Source of the DNA: an uncultured Candidatus Saccharibacteria bacterium | GTDB taxonomy: Bacteria > Patescibacteriota > Minisyncoccia > Minisyncoccales > CAYJUL01 | Reading direction: 5' to 3' | Assembly: GCA_964401295.1 (NCBI GenBank) | Contig: CAYNXX010000001.1 | Span: 137,076 to 201,075 of the forward strand | Length of the DNA stretch: 64,000 nt | Part shown: one piece after another, positions 47,483 through 57,165 of the stretch | How positions within the stretch are numbered: position 1 is the stretch's first letter | How the letters are laid out: the number at the start of each line of letters is the position of its first letter | Program-made: the position numbers and the translations under genes | Notes under the pieces: model-generated | What the model was told of the DNA's origin: nothing | Seen by the model: only the letters and a program-made list of their open reading frames with translations | The model's database searches: none

Positions 47483-49091
47483 GACGATTGCGGAGTTTAC
47501 AATTAAAGAATTAATGAAGGGCGAAGCGCGCGAAGCGCGGAACCTTGCCGCCATTAAGAGAAAGGCGGCCAAAAAATACAAAATGCCCTGTCCGAAAAAC
47601 TCAAAACTACTCCAAGCATATCACGACTTGGTGCTAAATAAAAACATGATTGCAGATAAAAATTTGGAGCTGCTTTTGCGCAAAAGAAAGGTAAGATCAC
47701 TTTCGGGAGTGGCCGTAGTTTCTATCCTTACAAGGCCATATCCATGCGGCGGAAGGTGCATTTACTGTCCAACGCAATCAGGCGTGCCTAAAAGTTATTT
47801 AGACGGCGAACCTGCTGTAATGAGAGCTTTATCGCATAATTATGATCCTAAGGAGCAAATACTATCCCGAATAAAAACATTGGAAGCCAACGGCCACCCA
47901 ACCGACAAAATAGATTTAAGGATTATCGGCGGAACGTGGTCTTATAATCCAAGACGCTACCAATCCTGGTTTATTAAAAAGTGCTTTGAGGCCGTGAATG
48001 AACTTAGTAGAATCAGAAATCCGAAAAATGCTAATCTTAACCGTCTTCAAACTTTAAACGAAAAAGCCAAATACAGAATTGTAGGCATAAATGTTGAAAC
48101 AAGGCCTGATTATATAAACCGGGGGGAAATAGTACGCATGCGAAAACTCGGCATAACGCAAATAGAACTCGGCGTGCAAAGCGTATATGAAGATGTGCTG
48201 AAATTAAACCGGCGAGGCCATGGCGTAGATACGGTTATCAATACCACAAAACTTTTAAAAGATGCTGGATTCAAAATTTGCTATCACATAATGTCTAATC
48301 TCCCAGGATCAACTCCGAAAAAAGACATTAAAACATTCGAAGAAATTTTTTTCAATCCCGATTTCCAACCGGACCATATTAAAATATATCCCTGCGCTCT
48401 GGTAAAAGAAGCTCCTCTTTATTGGCTGAAAGATAAAATCGGCTACCGCCCATATTCGGCAAAAAAACTCGTCGCCATTATAAAAGAGGGTAAAAAATAT
48501 ATCCCTTATTATTGCCGCATACAGCGCGTTATCAGAGACATACCGGCAACATACATCATTGAAGGCGGAACTGCGATTTCAAACCTAAGACAAGTCGTAA
48601 GTGATGAAATGAAAAAAGAAGGGTCAAGATGCCGGTGTATACGCTGCCGAGAAGTAAAAGAAAATTACGACGCGGGCGAAAAGATATATCTCTTCCGCCA
48701 GGACTATGAAGCGTCCGACGGCAGGGAAATTTTCCTAAGTTTTGAAAATAAAAACAGGACGAAATTGCTCAGCTTGCTTCGACTGCGCATCCCTTCTTAT
48801 ATTTTTTGCAAAAAAAATAAATCTCTCTTCACGACGCTGAAAAATTCCGCCTTTATACGCGAAATACATACTTATGGCCAACTGCAGCCATTAACTGCTG
48901 CGGCGCTCCACAAAAACTCGCCGCAACATAAAGGCCTTGGGAAACAATTGATGCGAGAGGCCGAAAAAATAACACTTAGCTTCGGACTGCAAAAAATTGC
49001 AGTTATTTCAGCTGTCGGCACAAGAGAATATTACAGAAAATTCGGATACCAACTCCAAAATACTTACATGATAAAAAATTTACGCAATTAA
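47481..49091 (+). CDS. elp3: Elp3-like radical-SAM/GNAT tRNA modification enzyme (tRNA uridine(34) acetyltransferase homolog)
   Basis: The radical-SAM motif reads CGGRCIYC. The C-terminal GNAT motif reads QHKGLGKQLMREAE. Total length is 536 aa. Confidence 0.8.
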   Translation: MTIAEFTIKELMKGEAREARNLAAIKRKAAKKYKMPCPKNSKLLQAYHDLVLNKNMIADKNLELLLRKRKVRSLSGVAVVSILTRPYPCGGRCIYCPTQSGVPKSYLDGEPAVMRALSHNYDPKEQILSRIKTLEANGHPTDKIDLRIIGGTWSYNPRRYQSWFIKKCFEAVNELSRIRNPKNANLNRLQTLNEKAKYRIVGINVETRPDYINRGEIVRMRKLGITQIELGVQSVYEDVLKLNRRGHGVDTVINTTKLLKDAGFKICYHIMSNLPGSTPKKDIKTFEEIFFNPDFQPDHIKIYPCALVKEAPLYWLKDKIGYRPYSAKKLVAIIKEGKKYIPYYCRIQRVIRDIPATYIIEGGTAISNLRQVVSDEMKKEGSRCRCIRCREVKENYDAGEKIYLFRQDYEASDGREIFLSFENKNRTKLLSLLRLRIPSYIFCKKNKSLFTTLKNSAFIREIHTYGQLQPLTAAALHKNSPQHKGLGKQLMREAEKITLSFGLQKIAVISAVGTREYYRKFGYQLQNTYMIKNLRN

Positions 49092-49219
49092 CAATCTCGC
49101 ATTTTTTTATCTTTTCTTTTAAGTGTTTCTTGATATTTTCTGAAAATAAAGCGTTCAGGAGTTCTGTAGGCCAATTTTCCCTTTTTCGCCCGTTTAGATG
49201 AGTAATTTTTCACAATAGG

Positions 49220-50164
49220 TTAGATACGCGAAACGCGGATGAATCCGGAACATGGTACAATTTCTATGCCAGCCTTTTCTAGTTCATCTGCCAAAAGATT
49301 CATACCTATCGAATCCGAAGACATATGGCCGGCGATAACCACGTTTAAATGCGCGGCCTCGGCCTCTTTTTTGTGCTCTTCCGAAACATGCATGCCGACA
49401 ACTGTGCCGATGCCAGCCTGAACCATTTTTTCGAAAAGGCGCGGCGATCCTTCCGTTCCGCCGGTAACTTCTGTAAGTGCGATTTTGCCACATCTTGAAT
49501 CTTCTGAGCCGACGAAAATCCTAGGGCCGGCTGCGTTTTTCATCGCTTCGCGGTATTCTGGAATATCCCTTAAAATTTTCATTAAATCGCTTATATATTC
49601 TGGGTTAGCTGCTTCTATCGTTTTTCTCAAAAAATTAGCCGCAAGATTATCGGAACTGGTATGCAGGCACATCAAATTGAACCCGAGAAGTCTGGCTGCG
49701 TCCACGGTGCGGCCATGATTCCTTGCATTGATTCCACGCGCCACTTCCGAAATACGCTCACGCATCAGACCTTCGGCAATATTTATCGGAACGCCATACT
49801 GGTTTAAAACATCGCACTGAAGTTCCATAACTTCGTGTAAAGCGGCGAGGGCCCTTCCGAGCGGATGATGAGAAATAATCAAATCTATATCACCTAGCTC
49901 TTTGGCGACTAAGACTTCGGCTGGATCAATGTCTATTCCGATTAAAACTTTTTTAACCGGCGCATCCGAAACCACATTTAATATTCGTGTGTCAGAATAC
50001 GGATTGGTCAGCGATTCCTCATCAAATTCTAATTTTTCGGCATCAGACATTTTTTTAAATTTAGCTTTCCGGCGTTCCAAAATTTTCTCTATGCGCGCGG
50101 GCAATCTAAAATCCGCCTGTATGCCCTTTTCAATCGCCAGTTGATAGATATCATGTGTATTCAT
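49220..50164 (-). CDS. Nif3-like dinuclear metal center protein (YqfO/YbgI family)
   Basis: The motif DLIISHHP is characteristic of the NIF3 family. Confidence 0.7.
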   Translation of the reverse strand: MNTHDIYQLAIEKGIQADFRLPARIEKILERRKAKFKKMSDAEKLEFDEESLTNPYSDTRILNVVSDAPVKKVLIGIDIDPAEVLVAKELGDIDLIISHHPLGRALAALHEVMELQCDVLNQYGVPINIAEGLMRERISEVARGINARNHGRTVDAARLLGFNLMCLHTSSDNLAANFLRKTIEAANPEYISDLMKILRDIPEYREAMKNAAGPRIFVGSEDSRCGKIALTEVTGGTEGSPRLFEKMVQAGIGTVVGMHVSEEHKKEAEAAHLNVVIAGHMSSDSIGMNLLADELEKAGIEIVPCSGFIRVSRI

Positions 50165-50318
50165 GTTATTTTTTGATAAATTTTTGATAAAGCTCGTTGA
50201 TCAACTTTTTTTGCTCTTTTACGTCTAAAATTTCCCGCTTAATGCGGGCTTTTTCTTTGCGGATAAATTTTTTGAGACCTCTCGGAAGTCCGCTTTTGCT
50301 CATACTTATTGCCTAATT

Positions 50319-51776
50319 TTACTCGCCTTTGATTACTGCCAGCGGAACAAGCCTTGCCACCTTCCTTGCTAACCCTGCATTATGCACCACGTCCACAACT
50401 GCGTCAATGTCTTTATAAGCTATCGGCGCTTCTTCTGCAATGCCGCGCATTGACCAGCATTTAATAAGTATATTTTTCCTGCCAAGCTGTCTTATTACTT
50501 CTTGACCCGTAATTGCCCGCATTGCGGCGTGGCGCGACATCGCGCGACCGGCGCCATGACAAACCGTATGCCAGGCTTGTTTTGACTCCGCAGTACCGGC
50601 AAACACGTAAGAAACTGTGCCCATGGACCCTGGAATTAAAACCGGCTGGCCGGTTTTTTGGTAGTGGCCGCCAAGTTCCGGATGGCCGGGAGGAAAAGCC
50701 CGCGTCGCGCCCTTTCGGTGCACACAAAGCTTCATTTTTTTGCCGTTAACTTCGTAGTCTTCTATTTTCGCAATATTATGAGCGACATCGTAAAGGAGTT
50801 CAAGCTTATCACCTTTTCCCAAAACCGACTCCCAAGCTTTTCTGGTGTGATGGGTAATCATATGGCGGTTGGCCCAGGCAAAGTTGGCCGCTGCGCACAT
50901 GGCGCCGAAAAATCTCTGGCCCTCTGGTGATGTAAACGGCACGCAGGCAAGTTCGGCGTCTGGAATTTTAATGCGGTACTTTGACATCGCGCTCATCATA
51001 ATTTTCAGATAATCCGTGCAGTTTTGATGGCCGCAGCCGCGCGATCCGGTATGAATCATCACCACAACCTGATTTTGGAACAGCCCAAACTCTTTTGCGG
51101 TTTCTTCATCTAAAATCTGTTCCACTTTCTGTATCTCCAGAAAGTGATTTCCTGAACCTAATGTGCCGACTTGATTCGCCCCGCGTTTTTTTGCGTGTTC
51201 CGATACCGCGGAGCTATCTGCCTCGGCTAATCTTCCGCCGGCTTCGCAATTTTCCGCGTCATCGTCATTTCCATAGCCAAGTTCAATAAGCTTGGGTATT
51301 CCACCGTCTAAAATCTGATTTATTTGGGCCATGCTCATTTTCGTCCGATGCCCACGCCCCAAGCCAGATGGAACTTCTTTTTGCACAATACTAGCTATTT
51401 TATCCAAATGGGATTTTATTTCTTCGGCGGTATGACTAGACTTTAATAATCTTACGCCACAATTCTGATCATATCCTATTCCCCCAGGAGAGATCACTCC
51501 GGTAGCGGCATCGGTGGCTGCTACTCCGCCTATAGGAAAGCCGTAGCCTTCGTGCATATCAGGCATGGCAATACTGTAATTAACAATTCCGGCTAGCGTT
51601 GCGACATTTACCAATTGTTCCAGCGATCTATCTTTAAAAGATTCTTCCAACATTTTTTCCGAAATATAAGCCCTCGCCGGAACAAGCATATCCGGCCTGA
51701 ACGAGGATGGGATTTCCCAAATCCATTCCGAAATCTTTTTAAAATCTTTTTTTATAAGCATGCTTTTATATATCAA
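50319..51776 (-). CDS. rtcB: RNA-splicing ligase RtcB (3'-phosphate/5'-hydroxyl RNA ligase)
   Basis: Conserved motifs GYGFPIGGV, NCGVRLL and HGAGR are present. Total length is 485 aa. Confidence 0.9.
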   Translation of the reverse strand: MIYKSMLIKKDFKKISEWIWEIPSSFRPDMLVPARAYISEKMLEESFKDRSLEQLVNVATLAGIVNYSIAMPDMHEGYGFPIGGVAATDAATGVISPGGIGYDQNCGVRLLKSSHTAEEIKSHLDKIASIVQKEVPSGLGRGHRTKMSMAQINQILDGGIPKLIELGYGNDDDAENCEAGGRLAEADSSAVSEHAKKRGANQVGTLGSGNHFLEIQKVEQILDEETAKEFGLFQNQVVVMIHTGSRGCGHQNCTDYLKIMMSAMSKYRIKIPDAELACVPFTSPEGQRFFGAMCAAANFAWANRHMITHHTRKAWESVLGKGDKLELLYDVAHNIAKIEDYEVNGKKMKLCVHRKGATRAFPPGHPELGGHYQKTGQPVLIPGSMGTVSYVFAGTAESKQAWHTVCHGAGRAMSRHAAMRAITGQEVIRQLGRKNILIKCWSMRGIAEEAPIAYKDIDAVVDVVHNAGLARKVARLVPLAVIKGE

Positions 51777-52173
51777 AAACTATATCAGCCTCCCAATGGT
51801 CAGCGACCTCTAGGATTTTAAGGCCGTGGTAAGTAACCGCTTTTATTTCTCCTCCGAACTCGTTGACTTTATAGCCCGAGACTTGCGCTTCCAATCTTGT
51901 ATCGCTAAATTTTAAAAATTTAGCGCAGATATATACTTCCCAATGCGTTTGCGCCAGATAATTGACCTCGCCTAAAAAATCAACTAAAAGCGCGTTTATA
52001 TCAGGAGAAATTATTTTTATTTTTCTTACCGCCATTTGACCACCCTTTTCTTTTTTTGTTTTCAAAACAGCCATCATGCCAAGCATTGCATTCAAAAAAA
52101 GGTCTTGTTTTGCTTTTCCGAAAACCTTTATTTTCGCGTCGGCTGTATGTTCTAAAATCTCGTATTTTTTCAT
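51766..52173 (-). CDS. Archease (RtcB activator)
   Basis: The N-terminus reads YEILEHTADAKIKVFG. It lies immediately upstream of rtcB and overlaps it. Confidence 0.85.
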   Translation of the reverse strand: MKKYEILEHTADAKIKVFGKAKQDLFLNAMLGMMAVLKTKKEKGGQMAVRKIKIISPDINALLVDFLGEVNYLAQTHWEVYICAKFLKFSDTRLEAQVSGYKVNEFGGEIKAVTYHGLKILEVADHWEADIVFDI

Positions 52174-52246
52174 ATATCTTTATTTTATAACGTAGCGGGG
52201 ATATACAATAGTAGTGCTAAGATTTTAATGGGGTTATAATTAAATT

Positions 52247-53365
52247 ATGGATATCGGCATTCCAAAAGAAATAAAAAGCGGCGAATATCGCATCGCTTTC
52301 GCGCCAGAGGGAATCGCTGCCTTAGTTAAGGCCGGCCATAAAGTAATCATTGAAGATGGGGCCGGCGAGGGCAGTGGATTTAAAAACTCGGATTACGTTC
52401 GATACGGAGCGAAAATCGCAGGCGAAGCCGAAGATGTCTGGCGATCGTCTTTAATAATCAAAGTCAAAGAGCCTCAATATAAAGAATATAAAATGCTTAT
52501 GCCGGGCCAAACTCTGTTTAGCTATCTACACCTTGCGGCATCGCCAGGGTTGGTAAGAATCCTTTGCAAAAAAAGAATAACCGCCATTGATTATGCTACC
52601 GTGCAAACGCCTGATGGATTTTTACCGCTTCTAAAGCCGATGAGCGAAGTCGCGGGAAAATTATCCGTGCAAATAGGGGCAAGGTTATTAGAAAGAGGTA
52701 GAGGGGGAAGGGGAATTTTAATTGGGGGGACTTCTGCTGTGCCTCCGGCCACTGTTTTGATTCTCGGCGGAGGAACTGTCGGTTCAAACGCGGCCGCAAT
52801 TGCCCTCGGCATGGGGGCGAAAGTCATTTTGTTTGAAAAAAATGCCGGCAAAATGCAACAGCTTAAAAAAATATTCCGCAGATTCCACAGAAATTTCAGC
52901 GTCATACCTGTCTCTCCCGTAAAAATAGAAAAATTTCTGCCGATAACCGATTTGCTCATCGGCGCGATTCTGATACCCGGAGCCAAAGCGCCAAAAATAA
53001 TCAACAAGGGTCATGTCCAAAAAATGCCTACAGGTTCGGCTATTGTGGATGTCGCAATCGATCAAGGAGGATGCATAGAAACATCCCATGCGACAACCCA
53101 TAAAAATCCGCTGTTCGTAAAATATGGAGTTTTGCATTATTGTGTGACCAACATACCAAGTTTAGTATCGCGAACATCAACCATTGCGCTCACAAATGCA
53201 ACTCTGCCGTATGTTTTAGAGCTTGCCAGCACGCCGATTGCAAAAATCGCCAAGCAAAACTCTACCCTAGCCAATGGTATAAACATTTATAATGGAAAAA
53301 TAACCCATCGAGGTTTGGCCGAATCGCTTGGACTTCGCTATTTTACATTGACTGATTTATTATAA
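52247..53365 (+). CDS. ald: Alanine dehydrogenase
   Basis: The N-terminus reads IGIPKEIK.GE.R. The Rossmann motif reads VLILGGGTVGSNAA. Total length is 372 aa. Confidence 0.85.
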   Translation: MDIGIPKEIKSGEYRIAFAPEGIAALVKAGHKVIIEDGAGEGSGFKNSDYVRYGAKIAGEAEDVWRSSLIIKVKEPQYKEYKMLMPGQTLFSYLHLAASPGLVRILCKKRITAIDYATVQTPDGFLPLLKPMSEVAGKLSVQIGARLLERGRGGRGILIGGTSAVPPATVLILGGGTVGSNAAAIALGMGAKVILFEKNAGKMQQLKKIFRRFHRNFSVIPVSPVKIEKFLPITDLLIGAILIPGAKAPKIINKGHVQKMPTGSAIVDVAIDQGGCIETSHATTHKNPLFVKYGVLHYCVTNIPSLVSRTSTIALTNATLPYVLELASTPIAKIAKQNSTLANGINIYNGKITHRGLAESLGLRYFTLTDLL

Positions 53366-53496
53366 CTACATTTTACGGCATATTTTAAAAATAAATCCGA
53401 TTTGTTTGATTTTTAGGCAACTACTATGTTCATATGACACTGCGCGGACATGCATCAAAAATTCCATAATTTCGAATCAAAAGACGCTGGGTCAAA

Positions 53497-53523
53497 AAAA
53501 AGAGGCAGGTGCCTCTTTTATCT
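53497..53523. terminator. Bidirectional terminator (AAAAAAAAGAGGCAGGUGCCUCUUUUA) between convergent ald and the meaB-like gene
   Basis: A GC stem flanked by an A-run and a U-run. Confidence 0.6.
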
Positions 53524-54240
53524 TTGAAGTGCGGATTTAAGATCTATGATTCCTTCCGCGGTTATTGAATTTACTTTTATTATTTTAGGATGCGCACTGA
53601 ACGATAACTCCACAAACGCAGCCTCAGTCCCCGGTAAATCCGATTTATTAAGAACAATTACATCGGCGACTTCAAGTACTCCAGCTTTCATAAATTGAAT
53701 TCCATCTCCCAGACCGGGCATCAAGACCAAAACGAGTTTATCTACTGCATTTTTTATTCCAGTGTCTTCCTGGCCGACGCCGATCGTTTCTATTATCACG
53801 ACCCGGATGCCTAAAAGTTCCAGTGCTTTAATAATAAGCGGTGTTGCCTGAATTACTCCATGACAATGCGAACGCATGGCGAAACTGCGTATGAAAACTT
53901 GTTTATCGGCGCAATGTTCCTGCATCCTGACTCTATCGCCTAAAACCGCTCCGCCGCTTAGAGAACTTACCGGATCCATAGTCAGGACTCCGACTCCAAA
54001 ACCATCTTGCCTGAATGTTTTAATCAGCCGGTTAATCAATGTGCTTTTCCCCACGCCGCCTGGACCAGTAATGCCAATTACCAATGTTTCTTTTTCGCGG
54101 CCCCCTAGCTTTGTAATCGCTTTTCTTGCGCCTTGGTGACCGCGCTCCAAAAGCGTAATCAATTTTGCCGCGGCATGACGGTCGCCATTTCTCGTCAACT
54201 CAACTAGATTTTTTGCGGAAATTCGTTTAGTGCCAGCCAT
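53518..54240 (-). CDS. MeaB/ArgK-family G3E GTPase (ORF open to 54399; start chosen at MAGTKRIS)
   Basis: The P-loop reads GITGPGGVGKST. The VLTMDPVSSLSGGAVLGDRVRM and ETIGVGQ motifs are present. Confidence 0.8.
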   Translation of the reverse strand: MAGTKRISAKNLVELTRNGDRHAAAKLITLLERGHQGARKAITKLGGREKETLVIGITGPGGVGKSTLINRLIKTFRQDGFGVGVLTMDPVSSLSGGAVLGDRVRMQEHCADKQVFIRSFAMRSHCHGVIQATPLIIKALELLGIRVVIIETIGVGQEDTGIKNAVDKLVLVLMPGLGDGIQFMKAGVLEVADVIVLNKSDLPGTEAAFVELSFSAHPKIIKVNSITAEGIIDLKSALQR

Positions 54241-54250
54241 TTTCTTCTCC

Positions 54251-55834
54251 TTATAGCGGAGCGAAACCGCGGCGCAGCGTATTCTCGCTAAGGGTTTTTT
54301 GGTACATAAAGCGCAGAAGATAATCTCGACTTCCGGCCTTGGAACCAGTGCCGGAAAATTTCCAGCCGCCGAAAGGCTGACGCGAAACGAAGGCACCAAT
54401 AATTTTTCGGTTTATGTAAAAATTGCCGACGTTGCATTCTTTTTTTGCGCATTCTATATGGCTCGGTAGACGCGAATAAAGCCCACCGGTCAGCGCGTAT
54501 TCAGAATCGTTAAAAATCTCAAGTGCCTGATCGAAACTTTCGGCTTTTATAATCGCAAGCACCGGACCGAAAATTTCTTCCTTAGCGATGCGCGCATTTT
54601 GATCGACATCGGTGAAGATTACCGGTGGATGATAATATCCACGCTCGGCCAGCCCCGCTGGCAGATTGCCAAAATATGCCAAGATCCCTTCGCTTTTTCC
54701 GATTTCAACATATTCTTTTACTTTTTCCAGAGCTTTATCGTCAATCAGTGGGCCCAAAAATACGGATGGATCTTCTGGCGATCCGATTTTCAGGCTTCGC
54801 GCAGCTTCAATCAAACGGGCGAGAAATACATCGTGAACATTGCCAACAGTAATAACAACGCTGCAGGCCGAACACTTCTGACCCTGGGCGCTAAGCCATG
54901 ATTCTTTTACCCCGCGCACCGCTTCGTCCAAATCCGCATCGCTATCAATAATAATCCTATCCTTTCCTCCGAACTCGCCTACAAGTATTTCCTTAAAACC
55001 GTATTCGCATGGATTTTCAGCGCAGACTTTTTGGAGCCGCAAACCGGTTTCTTTTGATCCGGTAATGGCAATGCCAATAATCTTGCTGTGCGCCGCAAGC
55101 GCCTCGCCAACTTCTGAACCAGAACCTGGAATGAAATTCAATACTCCCGACGGCAAACCGGCCTCGCAGAAAATTTCCGCGATTTTATATCCGGAAATTG
55201 CGGCAAGTGAAGCTGGCTTGAACACAACTGTGTTTCCTGTAACTATTGGCGCCGAAACCATTCCGACATTGATTGAAAACGGGAAATTCCACGTGCCGAA
55301 AACGGCTACTACACCCCTCGGAACATACCATGTTTTATTATTTTCTCCAGGAATGTCTTTAGTGATTCTCGCGGATCCAAATTCAAGCATCCGCCTGGCA
55401 TAAAATTCTAGAAAGTCTACGGCCTCGGCGATATCGCCATCAGCCTCCTGCCAACTTTTTCCGACTTCAAAAATTATCCAGGCTATAAGCTCAAGACGAC
55501 GCCTTCGCATTATCTCGGCGGCACGCAAGAGACATCGCGCTCTTTCTTTATAGGGCGTTTTTTTCCACGCATCCCATGCATTATAAGCTGCATAGCAAGC
55601 CGTATCCACCATTTGCGAATTTGCGCTTGAAACAAAACCTGCTACCTCGCGAAAATTTGATGGATTGCGCGAAATAATACTTTTTGAAAGAAACATGTAC
55701 TGGCCATTTATAATCAGGGGGTAATTCCTTCCGAGCTTTTGTCTAACTGTCGTGAGCGCCTGAACCATTCTTTTTTGATTTTTCTTGCTCGACCAATCTA
55801 TCAGGGGTTCGTTTTTAAATGTTCTCATTTCCAT
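54251..55834 (-). CDS. rocA: 1-pyrroline-5-carboxylate dehydrogenase (RocA/PruA-type aldehyde dehydrogenase)
   Basis: ALDH catalytic Cys/Glu are present. The P5CDH signature EADGDIAEAVDFLEFYAR is present. It is adjacent to proline dehydrogenase. Confidence 0.8.
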   Translation of the reverse strand: MEMRTFKNEPLIDWSSKKNQKRMVQALTTVRQKLGRNYPLIINGQYMFLSKSIISRNPSNFREVAGFVSSANSQMVDTACYAAYNAWDAWKKTPYKERARCLLRAAEIMRRRRLELIAWIIFEVGKSWQEADGDIAEAVDFLEFYARRMLEFGSARITKDIPGENNKTWYVPRGVVAVFGTWNFPFSINVGMVSAPIVTGNTVVFKPASLAAISGYKIAEIFCEAGLPSGVLNFIPGSGSEVGEALAAHSKIIGIAITGSKETGLRLQKVCAENPCEYGFKEILVGEFGGKDRIIIDSDADLDEAVRGVKESWLSAQGQKCSACSVVITVGNVHDVFLARLIEAARSLKIGSPEDPSVFLGPLIDDKALEKVKEYVEIGKSEGILAYFGNLPAGLAERGYYHPPVIFTDVDQNARIAKEEIFGPVLAIIKAESFDQALEIFNDSEYALTGGLYSRLPSHIECAKKECNVGNFYINRKIIGAFVSRQPFGGWKFSGTGSKAGSRDYLLRFMYQKTLSENTLRRGFAPL

Positions 55835-55852
55835 TTATCCCTCCTGCGTGCA

Positions 55853-57103
55853 TTAGCGTTGGGCAAAAAATGCTGAGCTTGTCTGCGAGGTATTTTCTAA
55901 AAGGCGCCGCGCAAGATAGCTCATGCCCTCAACCATATTACCGATGCCTATATATACTCTTAATGGAAAACCCATTTCGGCTATTGGTCTAATTAGTGGA
56001 TGGCCAAGGCCGTAAAGAACTTGGATCTCTAGGGCATCTTTGGGCAAACGTAATTCTTGAACTTTTGCCATTGCATACGCTAGAGAATCAATGTTGTGGC
56101 TGCCCACTGAAGTTTTAATCAGGGGATAAGCCGCAAGGGCCAGATCAATATTTCTTTTAAAGCTTTCGTTGGTCAGTTCCTGTTTTTCGTAAACCGGAAT
56201 TGGCCAAATTTTTTGCTTTGCCATAATCACTTCATAATCCCAATAAGCACCCTTCACGAGGCGGATTCCAAAAGAACCACATTCTTCTGCAATACTAATT
56301 ACCCGACCAAGTACTTTCTCTGAATCTTTAAGATATGTCTGGAGGGCTATGGTCAAGTCAATGAAGCCGTGAAAACTCGTAACAGCTTGCTTAAAAATTT
56401 GCAGCGTTAGGTCGCGAAAATAATATTGCTCCATATCAACGGTTATCCTGCCGTGGAGTGGCGCGATGGCAGAACAAATATCGTCGAGTCTGGCCAAAAC
56501 CGCGTCCGATGAATCTTTGGCGGCAAGGGGATCAAACTGAGAATAGAGAGAAGATAGCTTCAAAGACAAATCTATTTCAAAACCAAGACTACCGAGCATT
56601 CTTGTCAAAGAAACATATTTTTCCTTGTAGCATTCGGCCTCGGCTTCGCTTAATACCGCCTCTCCGAGGATATCCAGCGAATGTTTTACGCCAAGACCTT
56701 GTAAGTCTGTCAGACATTTTTTAAGCTCTGATTTTTCCGGCTGCACCATAAACTGGCTAGCTATGAAGTTTACCAATTTTCTAGCAGATGTTGCCGTTAT
56801 CTTGCTAAGGGGCGACTTACCTATCATCGAGGAAGAACCCTTTGCGCAGCAAAAATACTCAAACGCATGTCGATAGATTGCCTCGTCGGCTAAGAGAGCT
56901 GGAAAAACGTCAACAAACTGAAGCGTTTGCATTCTAAGTTTTGGATTGCGCATCAATCTTTTCATTACCAACTGCCGCCACCAATAAATAGTGGTCAATG
57001 CCCTAGTTTCTTTTCCGACAAGACTATAGAGGTCTGATTTAATCGCTTCCTGGATTTGCTGAATTCCCATTAGCATCCTCTTTGTCAATGTGCATCTTGG
57101 CAT
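55853..57103 (-). CDS. Proline dehydrogenase (PutA-type PRODH catalytic domain, monofunctional)
   Basis: The PRODH TIM-barrel pattern VKGAYWDYE...LYGLG is present. It lies upstream of P5CDH. Confidence 0.8.
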   Translation of the reverse strand: MPRCTLTKRMLMGIQQIQEAIKSDLYSLVGKETRALTTIYWWRQLVMKRLMRNPKLRMQTLQFVDVFPALLADEAIYRHAFEYFCCAKGSSSMIGKSPLSKITATSARKLVNFIASQFMVQPEKSELKKCLTDLQGLGVKHSLDILGEAVLSEAEAECYKEKYVSLTRMLGSLGFEIDLSLKLSSLYSQFDPLAAKDSSDAVLARLDDICSAIAPLHGRITVDMEQYYFRDLTLQIFKQAVTSFHGFIDLTIALQTYLKDSEKVLGRVISIAEECGSFGIRLVKGAYWDYEVIMAKQKIWPIPVYEKQELTNESFKRNIDLALAAYPLIKTSVGSHNIDSLAYAMAKVQELRLPKDALEIQVLYGLGHPLIRPIAEMGFPLRVYIGIGNMVEGMSYLARRLLENTSQTSSAFFAQR

Positions 57104-57138
57104 CTTATACCCCGATCTTAAGGGCTGTCAAATAAAAA

Positions 57139-57165
57139 GCGGCGCCGCTTAGCGCCGCTTTTTAT
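57139..57165. terminator. Bidirectional terminator (GCGGCGCCGCUUAGCGCCGC + U-run) overlapping the 3' end of the Mur-ligase gene
   Basis: Read directly from the sequence. An A-run precedes it and a T-run follows. Confidence 0.6.
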
